Shown: piece after piece, positions 28,394 through 37,250 of the stretch
Layout: the number at the start of each line of letters is the position of its first letter
Numbering within the stretch: the stretch's first letter is position 1
Translations under genes and position numbers: made by a program
The notes under the pieces: generated by a model
Databases searched by the model: none
What the model was told of the DNA's origin: nothing
What the model saw: only the letters and a program-made list of their open reading frames with translations
DNA from: an uncultured virus (IMG/VR IMGVR_UViG_3300033144_007571)
Taxonomy: Duplodnaviria; Heunggongvirae; Uroviricota; Caudoviricetes
Strand: one strand, 5' to 3'
Length of the DNA: 64,000 nt
Virus record (IMG/VR): IMGVR_UViG_3300033144_007571

Positions 28394-28782
28394 TCTTTTC
28401 CCTCCAGTTTTTTCACTATAGTTATATAAATAAATTTATCCTCCTTGACTTCTTCTGAGTTTGCATAATCTAAAGTTATAAAACATCTCTCCAAATTTTC
28501 AATAACCTCCATAACTCTTTCTGCAACATTTTTTGCTCCCGTTTCTTCTGGAGTATTTATTGGTATTGAAAAAATAATCAACACTGAATCAGTTTCTTCA
28601 AATTGATAATTAAATGAGCATACATTATTTCCTAATACCCTATACATTTGATCTTTTGTTGCTGCTTTACAAAACAAATTATAGTAATCTAAATTTGTAA
28701 TTTCTCCTTCATACTTCAAACCAGAATCTGGTGTAGATTCATAAATTTCTTTTATTTTTTTCATAAACATTTCCATTAGCAT
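28390..28782 (-). CDS. Hypothetical protein
   Basis: 130 aa. Confidence 0.6.
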   Translation of the reverse strand: MLMEMFMKKIKEIYESTPDSGLKYEGEITNLDYYNLFCKAATKDQMYRVLGNNVCSFNYQFEETDSVLIIFSIPINTPEETGAKNVAERVMEVIENLERCFITLDYANSEEVKEDKFIYITIVKKLEGKE

Positions 28783-28789
28783 CTTCCTC

Positions 28790-29770
28790 TCATATAACGA
28801 ATTTTATTGGAGTAACGGGTGTACAATTAAAGTCTTTCCCACTTTTATTATAAAAAACATCCAAAGAATTAATAACATGCTTATTATACTTTTTCAGTTT
28901 TGAATATTCGCTTCTATCAATTCCTCTATCAGATAATATAATAATATCAGGTCTAAAAATTTGTTCATGAAAAACTAAACTATGAACCAATGATTGATAT
29001 TTTGATGATAAAACTGAAGCATATAGTCTTACATCTGTATTTAAATTTAATGAGTCAAATAAATGTGTTGTAAATATATCAAATATTCCTTCTGCTAAAA
29101 CAATTTTATTTGAATTGGGGTTTCCGTTTAATTTATAATAATCAATAAAATTTGAATATGACATTTTCATTTTAAAAAATTTAAAAGTTGAAGAATGATC
29201 TGTATTTCTCAACATTAAAGTAGTGCCATTCTCAGTTAAAAAACCAACAAAATTAGCATGTAGATAGTCTCTTATTCTAAATAATGTTTCATCAATGGGA
29301 ATATCATTTAATTCGATAAATTGATTAATATCATACACAAGACCCTTTATCTTATTTGTAGTTAAACTTGCAAATTTAAGTCTTTTCCTTATATAGAACT
29401 CTTTTGCAGCAAATAGAACTGGATTTAATGGAGGCAATTTTACTTGTTGTTTTCCAGTTTCTTTATCAACAAATACTGCTTTCTTTTTTGCATACTCCTG
29501 AACTTGTGCTCTATCAATAAAAGCATCTGAAATATCATGTCCTTCAATTTTTTGAAGTAGCTTTTTTAAAGTTCCTCCTCGTTCACATCCTGCATGAAAG
29601 CAATGAAAAATAGGAGCATCCAAAGCAATATACAAATGATAATGCTTTTTATCTTGTTGATATTCACACCAACAACAAGGGGCGATTATATTCTTGCTGG
29701 TTATTTTTATATTATCTCCTAAATTTTCCTTGAGATAATTCAAAAAATTATCTTGATATATCCCTATCAT
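28790..29770 (-). CDS. DNA primase-like protein (Zn finger + TOPRIM), partly degenerate
   Basis: PCCWC...FHCFHAGC, IVLAEGIFD, ILSDRG, KDFN. Confidence 0.7.
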   Translation of the reverse strand: MIGIYQDNFLNYLKENLGDNIKITSKNIIAPCCWCEYQQDKKHYHLYIALDAPIFHCFHAGCERGGTLKKLLQKIEGHDISDAFIDRAQVQEYAKKKAVFVDKETGKQQVKLPPLNPVLFAAKEFYIRKRLKFASLTTNKIKGLVYDINQFIELNDIPIDETLFRIRDYLHANFVGFLTENGTTLMLRNTDHSSTFKFFKMKMSYSNFIDYYKLNGNPNSNKIVLAEGIFDIFTTHLFDSLNLNTDVRLYASVLSSKYQSLVHSLVFHEQIFRPDIIILSDRGIDRSEYSKLKKYNKHVINSLDVFYNKSGKDFNCTPVTPIKFVI

Positions 29771-30089
29771 TTTTTTCTCCTAAATCTGATCCCATAGCAT
29801 GAGATATCCAGTCTATTATTCCATGGTCATTACATAAACCACAACCAATCCCATTACACGTTCTACAAATATAGTCTTCTCCAATTTTGTCAAATCCAAC
29901 AAATCCTACTGCATAACAGGTATCACAAAAATCGTCCATATTATATCTGTTTGTAAGACCCGATCCATTACAATATTTACATACTTTGATTCCTGTTTTT
30001 TCAAATTCATTTGGAAATTTTATCTGAAAATTTTTAATTGTTATATGAAGTCTATTAGCATTGATATGTTGATTATATCCTAATTCCAT
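29748..30089 (-). CDS. DnaJ-like zinc-finger protein
   Basis: Four CxxCxG(xG)-type motifs; IDWISHAMG end. Confidence 0.7.
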   Translation of the reverse strand: MELGYNQHINANRLHITIKNFQIKFPNEFEKTGIKVCKYCNGSGLTNRYNMDDFCDTCYAVGFVGFDKIGEDYICRTCNGIGCGLCNDHGIIDWISHAMGSDLGEKNDRDISR

Positions 30090-31072
30090 TAAGACCTTGC
30101 CTTCATAAAATCCATAAGCGCTTTTATGATCTCAAAAACCATACCCATAAAATGCATATGAGGTATTAAACAATTTTGGTGTTTATTTGATTCTCTATTG
30201 ATTATAATTTTTGCAGGAGCTGGAATTTTTGGATTAAAAAATAGATTTGTATAAATACTTCTGTATTCCAGATCCTGATTTGCTGAGAGTAGTTCAATTA
30301 AAGAGTTAACTGATCTACCAATATGTTGAGTTTCTTTTTTTTCAATAAAACTTATTATTTCTATTATGGTTGAAGTTATTATCTTTTCTTTTGTAATTAT
30401 ATCTTTCTTATTAAATTTTAATTTTTTATCCCACGAAGATTTTTGTAGATTATTAACTATTTGTCTAACATCTGGATATAATTGATCAATAATGAAATTA
30501 ATATCCTTTTCATCATATGTTATTTTTTCATTATCTAAGATGCTCTTACAATAGTTCAATACGAATTCTTTAGAAATTTGACTAAAAGTATATGGAGTAA
30601 ACCTACTTTGAACTGGACCTGGTATTCTTGAAAGGTAGTTACAAGTAAATATAAATCTTCCATATTTTACATGATATTTTTCAATGATTCCTCTATATGA
30701 ATTAAAAGAATCATGTGTTAGATGATCTGCCTCATCAATAAAAACTATTTTATATTTATCTCCAGATGGTGGATATTTAAGAAATGGTTCTACAACTGAA
30801 TCAACAAAATTAATGCTTTTTGTTTTCTTTGCAGATCCATTTGCCATTAACATATTATCTTTTCTGTTGAACAATACTCCATTTTTTGAACATAGTATTT
30901 TCGCTAATGTAGTTTTTCCACCACCTTGAGGACCTGAAAATAACAAATTAGGAATCGAGCATTTTTCAATCATCTTTTTGAAATCAAATTTGTATTGCTC
31001 AGGTAACACTAAATTATCAAGGGTTGTTGGTCTATACTTTTCGATCCATAATGAATCTAACAATTCGCTCAT
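30089..31072 (-). CDS. Clamp loader AAA+ subunit (gp44/RFC small subunit-like)
   Basis: LWIEKYRP, GPQGGGKTT, FIDEAD, FIFTCNY, QSRF. Confidence 0.9.
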   Translation of the reverse strand: MSELLDSLWIEKYRPTTLDNLVLPEQYKFDFKKMIEKCSIPNLLFSGPQGGGKTTLAKILCSKNGVLFNRKDNMLMANGSAKKTKSINFVDSVVEPFLKYPPSGDKYKIVFIDEADHLTHDSFNSYRGIIEKYHVKYGRFIFTCNYLSRIPGPVQSRFTPYTFSQISKEFVLNYCKSILDNEKITYDEKDINFIIDQLYPDVRQIVNNLQKSSWDKKLKFNKKDIITKEKIITSTIIEIISFIEKKETQHIGRSVNSLIELLSANQDLEYRSIYTNLFFNPKIPAPAKIIINRESNKHQNCLIPHMHFMGMVFEIIKALMDFMKARS

Positions 31073-31085
31073 TTACACTTCTCCT

Positions 31086-31469
31086 TTAACACTGATAACA
31101 TTCCTCCTTTAATAGTATACTTACAAATGATTGTTGTTGCTTAATGTTATCTACGACCTGTTTTTCCACTACTTTAAATGCTTCATCACCACTTATTACC
31201 TGTCTATCAGAATCGTATGCAAATGATTCCATTATATCTATTTGTACTATGCTTTCTATTTCATTGAATATAAGAGTATGATTTGCTACATATTCTGGTT
31301 TTGTTGCTGCATGAAAAGAAACTGACAAAGTTTTCTCTTTTGTATTGACAAATAATGTAAAAGCATCAGTCATCAAAACATGTGAGTCTTTATCTAAAGA
31401 ATATTGATCATACACACTAATTCCATATTCGTATAATTTATTGAGAACTTCGTCTATTAATTTGTCCAT
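31086..31469 (-). CDS. Hypothetical protein (start revised to MDKLIDE)
   Basis: GGAGGT SD and Motif B upstream. Confidence 0.6.
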   Translation of the reverse strand: MDKLIDEVLNKLYEYGISVYDQYSLDKDSHVLMTDAFTLFVNTKEKTLSVSFHAATKPEYVANHTLIFNEIESIVQIDIMESFAYDSDRQVISGDEAFKVVEKQVVDNIKQQQSFVSILLKEECYQC

Positions 31470-31490
31470 CTGATTGAACCTCCAAATGAA

Positions 31491-31505
31491 TTTATAATAT
31501 GTTCT
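31491..31505 (-). promoter_or_regulatory. Motif B, AGAACATATTATAAA
   Basis: Recurrent motif just after a terminator. Confidence 0.55.
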
Positions 31506-31528
31506 CAATATAATTTTTTTATGCTAGT

Positions 31529-31570
31529 AAAAAAAATATGTGAGGATAGATGAACTCCCCACATATTTCT
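31529..31570 (-). terminator. Intrinsic terminator
   Basis: AAATATGTGGGGA...TCCTCACATATTTTTTTT stem plus U-tract after 31570. Confidence 0.75.
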
Positions 31571-31872
31571 TAGTGTAACGAATTTCCAACATATACGACT
31601 GTACTTGGATCGGGTTTAAATCCAAAAGGATGGTATAAATTACAATGTGGACAAGCTAGTAATTTATCTCCACGATCTTTCGATGCAGGATGTGGATCGG
31701 CCCATATAACCCCATCTTTATCCACATATAAATATAGACATCCTGGAGCTATAACTGTAATGGCATTTATAGGGTCTACTAATACCACTTCAGAAAGAGA
31801 AAATATTTCTGGGCACATATCACACTTTAACCTTTGATTTGGATTCGCTTCTACAGCATCTGCGTATTTCAT
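31570..31872 (-). CDS. Zn-ribbon hypothetical protein
   Basis: CDMC...CPHC; AGGAGGTG SD. Confidence 0.6.
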   Translation of the reverse strand: MKYADAVEANPNQRLKCDMCPEIFSLSEVVLVDPINAITVIAPGCLYLYVDKDGVIWADPHPASKDRGDKLLACPHCNLYHPFGFKPDPSTVVYVGNSLH

Positions 31873-31892
31873 AATTCACCTCCTTTAATTAA

Positions 31893-32318
31893 TTATTTGT
31901 TTTCCATCTTCCTTCTTGATGCTTTTTGAGGATTAACTTTTCCATAACGATTTTTTGTGAATAACGCTTTAGGGCATAGGCCGGTTAACCATTTTTGATC
32001 TGGGTGTGTAAATAACTCACAGATATCAATTTTATCTTCAATAATTCTTTTAATATTTCCACAGTCTTCACACTCCTTAACGACCTTCTTATGATCAATA
32101 GAACTTGTGGGGCATTCTCCTACTCTCCATTGCCTTTCTGGATTGAGATAAACTTTACATACATCAGAGATTAGTTCTTGTTCACCATTAATTATAAAAG
32201 CTTTTTCCATTTTGTTACATACAGCACACTGCTGGACAATAGACTTGCGAATGTTTAAGAGTTTCATAGTTCTTTTGTCTCTAGTTCTGTTTAGTTCTGT
32301 TACAGTTAGTTCGGTCAA
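31893..32318 (-). CDS. PxxKW-family cysteine-rich protein with duplicated module
   Basis: IVQQCAVC...CKVYLNPERQWRVGEC; VVKECEDC...CELFTHPDQKWLTGLC; KVNPQKASRRK tail. Confidence 0.7.
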   Translation of the reverse strand: MTELTVTELNRTRDKRTMKLLNIRKSIVQQCAVCNKMEKAFIINGEQELISDVCKVYLNPERQWRVGECPTSSIDHKKVVKECEDCGNIKRIIEDKIDICELFTHPDQKWLTGLCPKALFTKNRYGKVNPQKASRRKMENK

Positions 32319-32332
32319 TTTTTATCCTCCGA

Positions 32333-32581
32333 TTATAATTTTATATGCATAAATCCAGGTCCAGAAGCTTGTTCAATTAATTTATCCAATTCAGCATTGC
32401 ACTTTTTACAATTAAAGAAGTTGGTGGCATCTGGATTATGTACTTCAGCTGGATCATTACCACATTTAATGCACATTCCTCCATTATCTTTCAGTTTCTC
32501 TTGAGCTGCTTTTGATTTATTCTTTAGATCTTCAATCATAGTTGTAAAATCGGTCCTTTTAATTTTTACAGGTTCACTCAT
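32333..32581 (-). CDS. Zn-ribbon hypothetical protein
   Basis: CIKC...CKKC. Confidence 0.6.
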   Translation of the reverse strand: MSEPVKIKRTDFTTMIEDLKNKSKAAQEKLKDNGGMCIKCGNDPAEVHNPDATNFFNCKKCNAELDKLIEQASGPGFMHIKL

Positions 32582-32583
32582 AA

Positions 32584-32934
32584 TTAACCTCCAAGAATAA
32601 TTTGAAAAACACGTTCTGAATTATATGGAAATATGATATTAGTAAATGGAAGTAAATCAAAATACCAGAGTATGATAAGGGTAATTGCTGGTATTATAAG
32701 TACAGCTTCTGGTGGAATCCAGGTTGGTATCTTCACATCATGATTTATAAGGAATAGAAAAAACCACATTAAACCAGCTCCTATAACTAATGATAATACC
32801 AAATCAATCCCTGCGCTTGCCCCTGCATATGCTAACATTATTGCTTCATTCATCGGCATCATTATATATATTAGAATAGCGCAAGCGATTGCTAACATTA
32901 CTATAACAATAGTGTCCTTTATTTTTTTTTTCAT
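32584..32934 (-). CDS. Membrane protein (3 TM)
   Basis: Hydrophobic segments. Confidence 0.6.
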   Translation of the reverse strand: MKKKIKDTIVIVMLAIACAILIYIMMPMNEAIMLAYAGASAGIDLVLSLVIGAGLMWFFLFLINHDVKIPTWIPPEAVLIIPAITLIILWYFDLLPFTNIIFPYNSERVFQIILGG

Positions 32935-33272
32935 TTGTCATCCTCGGTTTCTTCTTTTGATTTTTCTGGTGTTTTTTCATTGTTTAATACATGAAGATCA
33001 GCTTTCTTTTTTGGTGGTTCTGTTTCAGAATCTTTTTCAATTGTTTTTTGTTCTACTACAACATAAAGATACTGATCTGTCCTTGCAAAGTTATCCCATA
33101 ATTTTGAAAAGAAAGTTGGTTTTCTAACTAGTATGGCAGTAGTTAGAGATAGTATTTCAGCTTGTTCATAAGTTAAAAGTCCTTTTTTATTTAGATATTG
33201 GATGTATACATTTTTTGCCGTTGTTAAAGCCTCTTCAAACTCATCCGTTGATAGCGTATATACTGCTGGCAT
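32931..33272 (-). CDS. Hypothetical protein (start revised to MPAVYTL)
   Basis: AAGGAGG SD. Confidence 0.6.
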   Translation of the reverse strand: MPAVYTLSTDEFEEALTTAKNVYIQYLNKKGLLTYEQAEILSLTTAILVRKPTFFSKLWDNFARTDQYLYVVVEQKTIEKDSETEPPKKKADLHVLNNEKTPEKSKEETEDDK

Positions 33273-33295
33273 ATTTGATCCTCCTTTTATTCTTT

Positions 33296-33442
33296 TTAAC
33301 AAAATTTGACAACTAATCCTAAAAGAATAATTACTAATGCTGGCATTCCTATACCTATAACTGGAACCCATATACCACTACCACCAGTATACCATTCTTC
33401 ACCACACTTTTCACATTTTGCTTGACAACTTATACATTCCAT
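33296..33442 (-). CDS. Small Cys-rich membrane protein (48 aa, not in track)
   Basis: MECISCQAKCEKCGEEWYTGGSGIWVPVIGIGMPALVIILLGLVVKFC. Confidence 0.55.
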   Translation of the reverse strand: MECISCQAKCEKCGEEWYTGGSGIWVPVIGIGMPALVIILLGLVVKFC

Positions 33443-33448
33443 TTTATC

Positions 33449-34714
33449 TTACCCCCAATAATCGCTTATTACAAATAATTTACGTCGTGCTCTAGTTATG
33501 GCAGTATATAACCAGCGAGCATAATACTGGTCATCCCATCGTTTGGTTCGTTGTTCAAAAACAACAACCTTATCCCATTCAGATCCCTGTGATTTGTGAA
33601 CGCTCATAACGTAACCAAAATCAAAGAAGTCAAGAGCACTCATATCATGTTTTCTAACCGATTTAAGAGCATCTTTCAACTCCTTACCCTCATCATACAT
33701 TGTATATTGAACTTGGCCAAAACATCTGTTATGAACAAAGCATTCGTATGGATCGGGTTCACCATCAACTTGAACTGTCATTCTATAGATATCCTTGTCA
33801 AATGGCATACTCCAAAGTAGAGTCCCTATTTGACCATTCATTAATTTGAGGGTATGATTATTTTTTAAACATACAATCCTTTCTCCCGGATATGGTTCAT
33901 GTGTATTGTGTCCTAATCTTTTTCGTATCTGATCATTTAGATTTGCCCTTGTGGTATTAAAACCACATAAAGCGACTAAATGTTGATCGAAAACAACATT
34001 TTCCCATATTTGTTTACAATCTTTATGGTTCCAAGAGATTTTGAATACATCTTTTGAAAATAATTTGTTCGGCGGAATATATCCATAATCTCTTACAAAT
34101 CTTGATAACCATATGATCGGAGAATTTTCAGATTGTCGTTGAATTGTAGTTAATTTAAATTCGGGATCATGCATTAAATTAAATGCTCCATGCCCATTAT
34201 TTATTGGAGGTAATTGACCGTGATCCCCAACAGCAATTGTGCTTTTTCCGAATTTTAATAAGTCTTTCCATATCTCATGTGATACCATAGAAGCTTCATC
34301 AATAATAAAAATATCTTGATATACATCATCTGCATGTTTTAGCTTCCACCCAACAACCACATGAGTTTTTAGCTTTTTATTCCATTGTGTAACGACTGCA
34401 TATATAAGACCATGTATAGTTCCAACATAATCTTCTGGTTCAATACTACCTGAGTGTTCTAATTTCTGTTTTAAAACAGATGATGCTTTTCCTGTGAAGG
34501 TTAGAAATGCAACTCTTATCTTAGGAAAATGTTTTTTTATTTCCTGTCTTAAAACTGATATTAGAGTTGTTTTTCCAGTGCCTGCATATCCACCAATAGT
34601 AGTTGAAAAAAGATTGGAGTGATGCTTCCAGTAGTATGTCTTATAACCACATTGGTGGAGAAGGTCAAGAATAGCATCCTTGACCTTCTCTTGATCTTTC
34701 GTTAGTTCAATCAT
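33449..34714 (-). CDS. dda: Dda/RecD-like SF1B DNA helicase (start revised to MIELTKDQ)
   Basis: GGYAGTGKTT, TFTGKA, GTIH, IIDEASMV, VGDHGQLPP, SVHKSQGSEW, LYTAITRA. Confidence 0.9.
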   Translation of the reverse strand: MIELTKDQEKVKDAILDLLHQCGYKTYYWKHHSNLFSTTIGGYAGTGKTTLISVLRQEIKKHFPKIRVAFLTFTGKASSVLKQKLEHSGSIEPEDYVGTIHGLIYAVVTQWNKKLKTHVVVGWKLKHADDVYQDIFIIDEASMVSHEIWKDLLKFGKSTIAVGDHGQLPPINNGHGAFNLMHDPEFKLTTIQRQSENSPIIWLSRFVRDYGYIPPNKLFSKDVFKISWNHKDCKQIWENVVFDQHLVALCGFNTTRANLNDQIRKRLGHNTHEPYPGERIVCLKNNHTLKLMNGQIGTLLWSMPFDKDIYRMTVQVDGEPDPYECFVHNRCFGQVQYTMYDEGKELKDALKSVRKHDMSALDFFDFGYVMSVHKSQGSEWDKVVVFEQRTKRWDDQYYARWLYTAITRARRKLFVISDYWG

Positions 34715-34887
34715 TAATTCATTTTCCCTTCTTCTTTTTTTTCCATATTCTTGAGGGTAGTATCCCAAGATCCTTTGTTGTATCCCTGTAAATGACCAAC
34801 TTTAAATCCAGATTTATAACAGATAACCCCGGAGACTATGATCAATGCCAATGCAACAATAACGATAATTGTGATAATAGTTCCCAT
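34714..34887 (-). CDS. Small single-TM protein (57 aa, not in track)
   Basis: MGTIITIIVIVALALIIVSGVICYKSGF...; TAATG overlap with dda. Confidence 0.55.
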   Translation of the reverse strand: MGTIITIIVIVALALIIVSGVICYKSGFKVGHLQGYNKGSWDTTLKNMEKKEEGKMN

Positions 34888-34920
34888 TATAGCATATCTC
34901 CTTTCACGATTTTTTTGATC

Positions 34921-35679
34921 CTACTTCACTTTCATTTTGCTTGATTTTTTAGACAATGAGTCTTTGACTTTCGTTTGCCGAAATATTGTGAATTTCCCAG
35001 CAGCAGCAAGGACTTTGTTGACATATGCCGAGTCCTTATTCACATATTTGAAAAGACCCTTTTTTATAGATCCTTTTTCTTCAGTTATATGAATTTTTAA
35101 GACTCTAATTCCAGCGTCAATATTAATGTCAACTTCATATAAGTCCCTTTTGCTTTTTAGTTTTAATTTGGGAACCCATTCTGGCATTACCTGCATAAGA
35201 CCAATTGCTCCAGCTTTAGATTGAGCTGTAGGATTAAACCAAGACTCTATCTCCATGATTCCCAAAACAAGTTCAAGGGGTATTTCATGTTTTATGGACA
35301 GTTCAATAATTGAATCAGCAATTGCGCCCGCCACCACACTTGATACCTTTATATAATGTTCCCTGATATAATTGATGATGTCCCTTTCAACTCTTGCTCT
35401 ATCGAGTTGTTTTTCTGCTTCAAATAGTCTTTCTTGAGTATTAATAAGTCCTTTTGCTTCATTATATGCGGACTCAAGTTCTGCATATGATGCTGATTTA
35501 AGTGTTATTTCTTTTGACAAATAGGAGTTCTCTATGTTGAGTACATTATAATGCTCAATCCCAAAAAGACCTGCTACCAAAAGAACAACTATAACCAGAC
35601 ATAGACTAACTGTTAAATACCAAACGGGGGTTCTTTTTTTTGTTTCTTCCATGTTATCATTGTTTTCATTTTCATTCAT
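34921..35679 (-). CDS. Membrane-anchored lytic transglycosylase (SLT domain)
   Basis: N-terminal TM plus coiled coil; MEIESWFNP, SKAGAIGLMQVMP. Confidence 0.85.
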   Translation of the reverse strand: MNENENNDNMEETKKRTPVWYLTVSLCLVIVVLLVAGLFGIEHYNVLNIENSYLSKEITLKSASYAELESAYNEAKGLINTQERLFEAEKQLDRARVERDIINYIREHYIKVSSVVAGAIADSIIELSIKHEIPLELVLGIMEIESWFNPTAQSKAGAIGLMQVMPEWVPKLKLKSKRDLYEVDINIDAGIRVLKIHITEEKGSIKKGLFKYVNKDSAYVNKVLAAAGKFTIFRQTKVKDSLSKKSSKMKVK

Positions 35680-35683
35680 GGTA

Positions 35684-35827
35684 TCATCTCCTTTGTTTAA
35701 GATTGTTATATTTTACTATCAATTTATTTAACATCTTATCACTCCAATGATATGCCTCAATAAGAAACCATATAAGCATAAATGGTAGTGTACCAATCAC
35801 TGTACATAATTCTTGAATTTTAATCAT
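35684..35827 (-). CDS. Small membrane protein (47 aa, not in track)
   Basis: AAGGAGGTG SD; MIKIQELCTVIGTLPFMLIWFLIEAYHW... Confidence 0.55.
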   Translation of the reverse strand: MIKIQELCTVIGTLPFMLIWFLIEAYHWSDKMLNKLIVKYNNLKQRR

Positions 35828-35868
35828 AGTCACCTCCTTGAAATAATAATAATTTTCTTATCTCATAA

Positions 35869-35882
35869 ATTAATATATATAG
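35869..35882 (-). promoter_or_regulatory. Motif A (copy 3), at the strand switch
   Basis: Exact CTATATATATTAAT. Confidence 0.65.
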
Positions 35883-35917
35883 TAAAAAAATACTTATAGA
35901 TAATTTTATATATAATA

Positions 35918-35932
35918 GGAACAAAAAATAAA
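35918..35932 (+). promoter_or_regulatory. Motif B, GGAACAAAAAATAAA, divergent from Motif A
   Basis: Upstream of 35955. Confidence 0.55.
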
Positions 35933-35954
35933 CTTTATATATTGGAGGTATTAT

Positions 35955-36443
35955 ATGAAAGGAATAGATAATCAAGATAATGTCAGTGAAAGTCAAGATC
36001 TTCATACAGGAATAGACAACCAAGGAATAGTAGTTGAAGGAGCAAATAATTTAGGTATGCCCAATCAAAATCAAATGGGTGGAAACCCAATGACTGGTGG
36101 TTCAATGGATAGGGATATAATAAACCAAAATACCTTAAACCAAATGTCAAATGCACCACCAAGTTCGAGTATCATTTCAACTACATTTGGAGCATGCGAT
36201 CAGTGTGGAACATCACATCCTCCATTAAAACCAGGAGAAACTTGTCCAAATGCTTCTATACAAACTCAGTCATCAAATACTCCAGTTAAAATTACAGATC
36301 AACAGTTTAATACATTTTTAGTTAATATGAAGAATATTTTAGTCAGTCAATTGGATCAACTAGAGGTAACAAATTCACAAGAGATATTCAATCATCTCAC
36401 ATTAAAAATAATGGAAGCATTGGAGGAACTGAAGAAAAAATGA
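35955..36443 (+). CDS. Hypothetical protein with CxxCxxxHPP...CP motif
   Basis: GGAGGT SD; low-complexity N-terminus. Confidence 0.65.
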   Translation: MKGIDNQDNVSESQDLHTGIDNQGIVVEGANNLGMPNQNQMGGNPMTGGSMDRDIINQNTLNQMSNAPPSSSIISTTFGACDQCGTSHPPLKPGETCPNASIQTQSSNTPVKITDQQFNTFLVNMKNILVSQLDQLEVTNSQEIFNHLTLKIMEALEELKKK

Positions 36444-36979
36444 GGTATAATTGTGAATCGTTAAATATGATATGTAAAGAAATTAAAATAACTATAGAAG
36501 AGCTTTTAAAGAGATCTGAAACTTTGGTTATTTACACAACTATGAATCTCTATTCTAAAGAAGGTAATAGCGTTGGAAGAGTAATAAAAGAACATACAGA
36601 TTGTATTTATAAACTAGGAGAATTAGTTCACTCTAGTAGCGGAAGTACTTCTGGTAATTTGTATAAGTTTAATTCTGCGGAACCAAGTAAGGTTGAAATA
36701 TATATTTTGAATGAAGAAGAAACTGATAAGCAAAAATCTAGTAGAAGGTTATCAGAAGAAGGATATAACTACTTTAATGAGAAGTTGTATAGTTTAATTA
36801 AAGATGATCCACCTCAAATGATTCAAGCTTTGAATTTCGTGCGTAAACTTATAAGGCAAGGGAAAGGTTTAGAAAAATCTATCACAATTGCTGCAAAACA
36901 CTATAAAGTTGATCATGTTTTATTAGCTAGTAGAAATGGATCTAGAGTTGTACTTTTTAGATGGGCAAAGAAAAAGTGA
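36440..36979 (+). CDS. Hypothetical protein
   Basis: ATGA-coupled ORF. Confidence 0.6.
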   Translation: MRYNCESLNMICKEIKITIEELLKRSETLVIYTTMNLYSKEGNSVGRVIKEHTDCIYKLGELVHSSSGSTSGNLYKFNSAEPSKVEIYILNEEETDKQKSSRRLSEEGYNYFNEKLYSLIKDDPPQMIQALNFVRKLIRQGKGLEKSITIAAKHYKVDHVLLASRNGSRVVLFRWAKKK

Positions 36980-37047
36980 TACTTATTATATAAGTAGTTT
37001 CTATACTTATAATATAATCATACTTATATAATAATATATAATAAGTA
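36980..37047. repeat. Clustered TACTTAT direct/inverted repeats, candidate origin
   Basis: TACTTAT at 36980, 37004, 37021; ATAAGTA at 36990, 37041. Confidence 0.6.
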
Positions 37048-37101
37048 GGAACTACAGATATTTTATCTCTTAGAAATCTAACAAAAACACATCTAAGTAA
37101 A

Positions 37102-37209
37102 TCATTTTGAAGGGCACATATAAAAAGACTTACTTGCCCTGGCGGGCGTAAGTCTATATGCCCTAACTACTCAGTAGAACTAACTAGAGTTGTTAGTGAT
37201 TTCAAATGA
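37102..37209. other. Branched secondary-structure element
   Basis: Hairpins 37111-37164 and 37163-37196 closed by TCATTTTGAA/TTCAAATGA. Confidence 0.55.
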
Positions 37210-37223
37210 GAACAAACAAATAG
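37209..37223 (+). promoter_or_regulatory. Motif B variant, AGAACAAACAAATAG
   Basis: Upstream of 37251. Confidence 0.45.
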
Positions 37224-37250
37224 AGTGAAAATTCAAAGGAGAATAACTAC

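Noticed and set aside
4348..33820. Short plus-strand track ORFs in the left arm (e.g. 6151, 7463, 9152, 13998, 23664, 25602)
   Set aside because: Mostly nested antisense to credible genes; no SD; shadow-like F/S/L/I composition
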